Assembly: GCA_046758705.1 (NCBI GenBank)
Contig: JBHIAT010000008.1
Coordinates: 1-43,782, forward strand
Reading direction: 5' to 3'
Length of the DNA stretch: 43,782 nucleotides
Origin: Candidatus Bipolaricaulia bacterium
GTDB lineage: Bacteria > Bipolaricaulota > Bipolaricaulia > JBHIAT01
Shown: in pieces, positions 38,040 through 43,782 of the stretch
Position numbering within the stretch: the stretch's first letter is position 1
Layout of the letters: each line of letters opens with the position of its first letter
Translations under genes and position numbers: made by a program
The notes under the pieces: generated by a model
Database searches by the model: none
Told to the model about the DNA's origin: nothing
What the model saw: the letters and a program-made list of their open reading frames with translations, nothing else

Positions 38040-38521
38040 TCCTGCTCCGCTTCGGCTGCTTCCGCCTCCTCCGTTTTCCCCTCGACGTTCACCCGGACCT
38101 CGGTGGAGATCCCTTTGTAGAGATGGATGGGGATGAGATAAGTGCCGACCTTTTTGATCGGGGATTCCAACCGAATCCGCTCTTTCTCGATCGTTTCACC
38201 GAGCTGCGCTGAGAGCTGGGAGGCGATCTCCTCACGACGCACCGATCCGTAGAGCTCTCCCTTCTCCCCACGGGCCACCTCGGAGAACTCCAGGATCATT
38301 TTCTCGAGCCGCTCTTGGAGCGCACGCGCCCATGTCTCCCGCTCCTGAACCCGTTTCTGAGGTTCGGTGCGATCGCTCCGATAGCGTGCCAGGCGGTGAG
38401 GCGTCGGTTCGACGGCCAAGCCTTTGGGGAACAGATAATTCCTGGCATAGCCATCGGCCACCTTGACCACGTCCCCGACCTCACCCAGCTTGTCGACATG
38501 CTGGATCAGCAAGACCTTCAT
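38036..38521 (-). CDS. rplI: 50S ribosomal protein L9
   Basis: MKVLLIQHVDKLGEVGDVVKVADGYARNYLFPKGLA; LYGSV. Confidence 0.97.
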   Translation of the reverse strand: MKVLLIQHVDKLGEVGDVVKVADGYARNYLFPKGLAVEPTPHRLARYRSDRTEPQKRVQERETWARALQERLEKMILEFSEVARGEKGELYGSVRREEIASQLSAQLGETIEKERIRLESPIKKVGTYLIPIHLYKGISTEVRVNVEGKTEEAEAAEAEQE

Positions 38522-38562
38522 CGTTCCGTCCTGTTCTGTTGAGGTTCAATACCTCATCCGGG

Positions 38563-39663
38563 TCAGAGGACCGCTTCCCCGGTCTCCTTGTCGAAGACGT
38601 GCATCCGGTCCATGTAGACGACCAACTTGATCTTCTGATCCGCCCGGACCTGGACCCGGGGGTCGAGCTGGGCGATCAGCCGATGCCCCCCGTCCTCGGC
38701 GTGGATGATGATCTCATCACCCAGAGGCTCGGTCACATGAATTATCGTCTCCAAGGCCATCTCCTCATCGTAGTCCTGAGCGGTCTCCTCGAGTATCAGA
38801 TCCTCCGGTCGGATGCCGAAGGTGACCTCCTGACCCACGTAGTCGGTCAGCGCTTTAACCTTATCCTGAGGGACCTTCAACTTGAACGTTTTTCCGTCCA
38901 CGTATATGCCCCCGTCCTCCCGGATGATCTTTGTGTCGAGGAAGTTCATCGACGGGCTGCCGATGAAGCCGGCGACGAACTGATTGATGGGATAATCATA
39001 GATAGACTGAGGTTGGTCGAACTGCTGGACGATGCCGTCTTTCATAACGGCGACCCCGTGCCCCAGGGTCATCGCCTCGACCTGATCGTGGGTCACGTAG
39101 ATGGTGGTCGTCTTCAACCGGTGGTGCAACTCCTGGAGTTCAGCCCTCATCTGGACTCTGAGTTTAGCATCCAGGTTGGAGAGGGGCTCATCAAACAGAA
39201 AGACCGCCGGGTCGCGAACGATCGCCCGGCCGACGGCGACCCGCTGGCGCTGGCCACCGGAGAGTTCTTTGGGCTTGCTCCTCAGCTTCTCCTCGATGCC
39301 GAGCAACTCCGCCGTTGCGTTGACCTTCTTCTCGATCTCCGGCTTCGGGACCTTGCGCAACTTGAGGCCGAAAGCCATGTTGCTGTAGACGTCCATGTGG
39401 GGGTAAAGGGCATAGTTCTGGAAGACCATGGCGATATCACGGTCCTTGGGAGGGACGCCGTTGACCAACCGCTCCCCAATGTAGATCTCCCCCTCGGTGA
39501 TGTCCTCAAGGCCGGCGACCATCCGTAACGTCGTGGTCTTCCCACAACCTGACGGCCCGACGAGGACGGTGAACGTTCCATCATCGATCGTCAGATCGAC
39601 CCGGTCGACGGCCACTAACTCCCCGAATTTCTTGGTCACTTCCTTCAGCAAAACCTTTGCCAT
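38563..39663 (-). CDS. Carbohydrate ABC transporter ATP-binding protein (MalK/UgpC/MsmX family)
   Basis: GPSGCGKTT, VFQNYALYPHM, LSGGQRQRVA, DEPLSNLDAKLR and YVTHDQVEAMT; ATG at 39663 with a GGAGGAGG RBS. Confidence 0.95.
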   Translation of the reverse strand: MAKVLLKEVTKKFGELVAVDRVDLTIDDGTFTVLVGPSGCGKTTTLRMVAGLEDITEGEIYIGERLVNGVPPKDRDIAMVFQNYALYPHMDVYSNMAFGLKLRKVPKPEIEKKVNATAELLGIEEKLRSKPKELSGGQRQRVAVGRAIVRDPAVFLFDEPLSNLDAKLRVQMRAELQELHHRLKTTTIYVTHDQVEAMTLGHGVAVMKDGIVQQFDQPQSIYDYPINQFVAGFIGSPSMNFLDTKIIREDGGIYVDGKTFKLKVPQDKVKALTDYVGQEVTFGIRPEDLILEETAQDYDEEMALETIIHVTEPLGDEIIIHAEDGGHRLIAQLDPRVQVRADQKIKLVVYMDRMHVFDKETGEAVL

Positions 39664-39697
39664 TCCCGTCCTCCTCCTGAACTCTACTGATCGTTTG

Positions 39698-39726
39698 ATT
39701 ATATATCGAACTCCTATAGGTGTCAA
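39698..39726 (-). promoter_or_regulatory. Consensus sigma70 promoter for the leftward gene block
   Basis: Minus strand TTGACA (39726-39721), 17 bp spacer, TATAAT (39703-39698). Confidence 0.8.
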
Positions 39727-39765
39727 ATGGAATGGTGTGCAGTGGTGTACAGGACACGAGAATGG

Positions 39766-39795
39766 TTGATTATCCTGCCCGTCAACTGCTATGAT
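39766..39795 (+). promoter_or_regulatory. Divergent promoter for the aminotransferase-dehydrogenase pair
   Basis: TTGATT (39766-39771), 18 bp spacer, TGnTATGAT (-10 at 39790-39795). Confidence 0.5.
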
Positions 39796-39845
39796 AACGG
39801 TGGATATCCCCCAAATCATCCTTGTGAATTCGATAGGAGGCAACG

Positions 39846-41009
39846 GTGCTGATCGACAAGCGACTCCTCCTGACTCCGGGGCCGACCCCGGTCCCAGATC
39901 GGGTCGCGCTGGCCGGAATCGGAGCGATTCACCATCGGACGGTCGAGTTTGAGACGATCCTGGAGCAGGTGTTCAGTGGGCTCAAATACGTCTTCCAGAC
40001 CGAAAACGATGTGCTGATCTTCGCCGCCAGCGGCACGGGGGCGATGGAGGCGGCGGTCGCTAATCTGCTCAGTCCGGAGGATCGGGCGATCGTCGTCGGC
40101 GGCGGGAAGTTCAGCGAGCGCTGGGTCGAGATCCTAAACCGCTACCAAGTCCGGCCTATCGAGGTCGAGGTGCCCTGGGGAGAAGCGGTCTCCACCGATC
40201 AGATCGAGACCGCATTGCGAGATCACCCGGACGCCGAAGCCGTGTTCACCGTCTTCAGCGAGACCTCGACCGGGACGGTCACCGACCTGGGGGCGATCGG
40301 CCAGGTCGTCGCCGACAGCGAGGTGGTTCTGGTGACCGACGCGGTGAGCGGGTTGCTGGCGATGGAGCTTCGACCCGACGCCTGGGGCGTTGACGTCGTG
40401 GTCTCCGGCTCTCAGAAAGGGTTGATGCTTCCCCCCGGCCTGGGGTTCGTCTCGGTCAGCGCCAAGGCGTGGCGTCGGGTCGAGAAATCGGAGCTACCCC
40501 GCTACTATTTCGACTTCAGCGCCTACCGGGAGAAGCTCCCCCGGCAGATGCCCTATACCGCCCCGATATCGTTGATCCTCCAGCTGCACCGATCGCTCGA
40601 GATGATCCACGACGAGGGGATTGAGCGTATCTGGGAGCGCCATCGGGTCCTGGCGGAGGCGGCCCGGGCCGGAGTCCGCGCCCTGGGATTGGAGTTGCTG
40701 TCTCGGGCACCGGGGAACGCCGTGACCGCGGTCAAGTTGCCCGTTGGGATCGACGGAAAACAGTTTTTACAACTGCTCCGGGACCGCTACGGGGTGATCC
40801 TGACCGGAGGCCAGAAACATCTGAAAGGACGGATCTTTCGGATCGCTCACCTCGGCTACATGAACGCATCCGACGTGATCGTCGGCCTGAGCGCTATCGA
40901 ACGCGGACTGAAGCGACTCGGTCACCCGGTTGAGCTGGGTGCAGCAGTAGCGGCAGCACAACGGGTATTCTCAGAGTTCGAAGAGTTGTCAGTATCAGTA
41001 TCGGTATGA
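39846..41009 (+). CDS. Class V PLP aminotransferase (alanine/serine-glyoxylate aminotransferase family)
   Basis: LLTPGPTPVP, SGTGAMEAA, ETSTG, DAVS, GSQKGLMLPPGL and FRIAHLG; AGGAGG RBS. Confidence 0.93.
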   Translation: MLIDKRLLLTPGPTPVPDRVALAGIGAIHHRTVEFETILEQVFSGLKYVFQTENDVLIFAASGTGAMEAAVANLLSPEDRAIVVGGGKFSERWVEILNRYQVRPIEVEVPWGEAVSTDQIETALRDHPDAEAVFTVFSETSTGTVTDLGAIGQVVADSEVVLVTDAVSGLLAMELRPDAWGVDVVVSGSQKGLMLPPGLGFVSVSAKAWRRVEKSELPRYYFDFSAYREKLPRQMPYTAPISLILQLHRSLEMIHDEGIERIWERHRVLAEAARAGVRALGLELLSRAPGNAVTAVKLPVGIDGKQFLQLLRDRYGVILTGGQKHLKGRIFRIAHLGYMNASDVIVGLSAIERGLKRLGHPVELGAAVAAAQRVFSEFEELSVSVSV

Positions 41010-41929
41010 AACGCGTGTTGGTCAACGATCCGATCCACGAGGACGCCCTCGAGTCGCTGCGCAGGGAGCTGGAGGTCGATGCCGAACATCACGACCCCGC
41101 ACAGCTGGCCGAGACGATCGACCGGTACCACGCCATCATCGTGCGCAGCGCCACCCGGATCACCCGGGAGGTTATCACGCGTGGCGTGCGGCTGGAGGTG
41201 ATCGGTCGGGCTGGAACCGGCCTGGACAACATTGACCTGGACGCAGCCCGGGAGCGGGGGATCGTGGTGCTCAACACCCCGGGCACCAACGCCCGCTCGG
41301 TGGCCGAGCTGGTGTTCGGCCAACTGCTGACGCTGGTACGCCTGATCTCCCAAGCGACGGTGACGCTCAAGGCGGGCCACTGGGAGCGACACCGGCTCGT
41401 CGGGACGGAGTTGACCGGCAAGACTCTGGGAATTATGGGGATCGGTCGGGTCGGCCGGGAGGTCGCACGCCTGGCGCTCGGCTTCGAAATGCAGGTCCTG
41501 ACCCACGATAAATACATTGCTCCCCCAGACGATCTGAAGGATCGCGTGGCGGCAACCTCGTTCGAGCAAACCCTCGCTGAGTCGGACTGTCTCTCTATCC
41601 ACCTGCCCCTGTCAGACGAGACGAACGGGTTGATCGGGGCGGCGGCGTTTGCGCGCATGAAGGACGGCGTTCTGTTCGTCAACACCGCTCGGGGCGGGAT
41701 CGTCGACGAACGAGCGTTGTACCAGGCACTCTGCTCGGGCAAGGTGCGCGGGGCGGCGCTGGATGTGTATGCAGTCGAACCGCCGACTCATGAGATCGGC
41801 CGCAAACTGCTCGAACTGGAGAACGTGATCGCCACCCCCCATATCGGCGCCTCGACCTATGAGGCACAGCGGCGCGTCGGGATGGAGGTCGCAGAGCGGG
41901 TCCGCGACGCGCTGCTCAAAGATCGGTGA
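41006..41929 (+). CDS. D-3-phosphoglycerate dehydrogenase-like D-2-hydroxyacid dehydrogenase (short form)
   Basis: IVRSAT, RAGTGLDNID, GIGRVG, NTARGGIVDE, LDVY and TPHIGASTYEAQ. Confidence 0.92.
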   Translation: MKRVLVNDPIHEDALESLRRELEVDAEHHDPAQLAETIDRYHAIIVRSATRITREVITRGVRLEVIGRAGTGLDNIDLDAARERGIVVLNTPGTNARSVAELVFGQLLTLVRLISQATVTLKAGHWERHRLVGTELTGKTLGIMGIGRVGREVARLALGFEMQVLTHDKYIAPPDDLKDRVAATSFEQTLAESDCLSIHLPLSDETNGLIGAAAFARMKDGVLFVNTARGGIVDERALYQALCSGKVRGAALDVYAVEPPTHEIGRKLLELENVIATPHIGASTYEAQRRVGMEVAERVRDALLKDR

Positions 41930-42490
41930 ATGAGGATTGCCTCTCACAGAAGGGACTTCCTGCACACCGACGACCTGCGAGCCACCTTCGACCGCGATGA
42001 TCCCCTCTTCAACTTCGCCATTTACAACCCGGAGCGATTCAAATACGGCCCCCAAGAGACAGGTATTATGAATCGCGAGAAGCAGGTCATCAGCCTGATC
42101 CGCACACACGTTATCAAACGCTTTGCTCCCTATTACAATTGTGAAAGCGATGAAGAACTGGAGACATATCTGGACGACCCAATCCTTATCCTGGTAAGCA
42201 CTGACGTACTCTCCGAGGGGTTGAACCTGCAAGATGCCAACCTGATCGTCAACTACGACCTACACTGGAACCCGGTACGATTGATGCAACGTATCGGGCG
42301 CGTGGACCGCCGTATCAATCCTGACCTGCCTATCCATCATGACAAAGTCTATGTCTACAACTTCCTGCCACCCGACGAACTGAATGATTTGTTGCATCTG
42401 CTGGAACGGTTAACTGGCAAGATAATGATCATCAACAAAACCTTAGGCATCGAAGCTCCGCTGCTGATGTGTTGGATGGAGGTGTGTTGA
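41930..42490 (+). pseudogene. C-terminal fragment of an SF2 (SNF2-like) helicase
   Basis: [39 protein letters not shown] (helicase motifs V-VI) without the N-terminal ATPase lobe. Confidence 0.8.
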
Positions 42491-42491
42491 G

Positions 42492-43782
42492 ATGGCTCTG
42501 GAGCAAGCAATCCTACACGTTGATAGCTTCGAGTCATTGCTGGATCTCCTACGCGATGAGCTTGACTGGCCTTTGCCAACGCAACCAGGCCTGGATGATC
42601 TGACCTTCGAGTGGACCGCGAGTGACCTTCGTGTGAGCGACGTAGCTGCACAGCGTTTCAGAGATGGTGTTGTACGCCAGCTACGTCCGTTCTCGACTGA
42701 ACCGCCTTGGGGCATTTTCTTTGTCGAATTCACCGACGGCCGGGTCTATCGAACCGCCCTGCGGCAGGTGCTGCGCGGCCTAGTGCCCAACCGTCGTCGC
42801 GATTCACATCTGCCAACTTGGCAGTACGAGAACCTGCTCTTCATCTGCATGACACGCGACTACGACCGTTTCACTTTTGCACACTTCCGAGGTGAACGAG
42901 CTCATCGTGCTAAACTGACTATCTTTAGTTGGGAGCGAGGAGAAGCTGCACTGCGTACCCTCTGCGAGTACAACCTGAAAGCGCTGCATTTCCCGGATGA
43001 CCCGACCGACGTAGATAACTGGCTTGAACAATGGCAATCAGCATTCGATGTAGAGAAGGTTACCAAAGAGTTCTTCAGAGAGTACCGACGGCTGTTCGAA
43101 CGTGCAGAGCACCATATAACCGGCATTACAGGTGAGGCCAAGCGTCTCTTCACCCAAAAACTCTTCAACCGCTTGTTGTTCATCCGCTTTCTCGAAAAGA
43201 AAGGTTGGCTCTCATTCAAAGGTCGCCGAGATTATCTGCGCGCTCTGCGGAAGGATCATCAAGCTCAAAAGCAGTCCGATCAAGGTGCTAATTTCTATCG
43301 AGACCGGTTAAGGAAGCTTTTTTTCCAAGGATTGAGCACTCCCAATGAGATAGACCTCATCAACCTTAACCGGGGTGAGTTTCTACGTACACTGATCGGT
43401 GATGTACCTTATTTGAACGGTGGGCTGTTTGAAGAAGAACTCGATGATCAGGATTCCCAAATTCACGTACCTGACGAAGCGATCGCACCTATCCTGACAG
43501 AGCTCTTCTATCACTTCAACTTCACCGTTACCGAGAGCACACCGTTGGATATTGAAGTCGCTGTAGATCCAGAGATGTTAGGCAGGATCTTCGAAGAGCT
43601 GGTCACAGGTCGTCACGAGACAGGCAGCTACTACACCTCAAAGCCGGTTGTCGCATTTATGTGTCAGGAAGCCCTCAAAGGTTATCTCAAGACAACTCTA
43701 CCCAAAGAAACATCTGATGCGATACACCGATTTGTTGAGGAACGTGACCCAACGGACCTTGTTGATCCGGAAGCTGTACTAG
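42492..43782 (+). CDS. Type IIG/Eco57I-like restriction-modification protein (N6-adenine methyltransferase family), N-terminal part; runs off the window
   Basis: Manual translation from ATG 42492 (GGAGGT RBS): AFDVEKVTKEFF, RLLFIRFLEKKGWL, VPYLNGGLF, FNFTVTESTPLDIEVAVDPEMLGRIFEEL and GSYYT. No stop before the window end; absent from the ORF track. Confidence 0.88.
   Translation, partial: MALEQAILHVDSFESLLDLLRDELDWPLPTQPGLDDLTFEWTASDLRVSDVAAQRFRDGVVRQLRPFSTEPPWGIFFVEFTDGRVYRTALRQVLRGLVPNRRRDSHLPTWQYENLLFICMTRDYDRFTFAHFRGERAHRAKLTIFSWERGEAALRTLCEYNLKALHFPDDPTDVDNWLEQWQSAFDVEKVTKEFFREYRRLFERAEHHITGITGEAKRLFTQKLFNRLLFIRFLEKKGWLSFKGRRDYLRALRKDHQAQKQSDQGANFYRDRLRKLFFQGLSTPNEIDLINLNRGEFLRTLIGDVPYLNGGLFEEELDDQDSQIHVPDEAIAPILTELFYHFNFTVTESTPLDIEVAVDPEMLGRIFEELVTGRHETGSYYTSKPVVAFMCQEALKGYLKTTLPKETSDAIHRFVEERDPTDLVDPEAVL

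Noticed and set aside
39664-39843. Extended N-terminus of the MalK-like ORF
   Set aside because: It spans the divergent promoter region; the RBS supports ATG 39663.

Overview
This is a GC-rich bacterial chromosome segment. A deep-branching lineage such as Bipolaricaulota/Acetothermia is plausible from the Thermotoga-like enlarged NusG and divergent RpoB, but this is inference only. The window has four parts. (1) 1-13888 is housekeeping: 5' part of leuS, a phosphohexomutase, a DUF4139-like gene, a sufC-sufB-sufD-sufU-Rieske-sufS operon whose SufB carries two inteins, an EF-G paralog, a CBS-ACT protein and YjbQ. (2) About 14087-25490 is a lower-GC, same-strand gene-cassette array with intact, half and collapsed attC sites and no integron integrase in view (CALIN-like). 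It carries two candidate restriction nucleases, two toxin-antitoxin-type pairs, an SQR-like oxidoreductase with a premature stop, a 229-bp duplication, and a divergent DUF1670-like gene remnant next to an attI-like GTTAGGC core. (3) 25541-34766 is the tRNA-Thr/Tyr/Thr-tuf-rpmG-tRNA-Trp-secE-nusG-rplK-rplA-rplJL-rpoB cluster. Here L10 and L7/L12 are fused in one frame with an internal ribosome-binding site, and rpoB is not followed by rpoC. (4) 34771-43782 holds murJ, a phosphodiester glycosidase-like protein, rplI, a MalK-like ATPase, a class V aminotransferase plus SerA-like dehydrogenase, a helicase remnant and the start of a Type IIG/Eco57I-like restriction-modification gene. All family calls come from motif recognition by eye, with no database searches.
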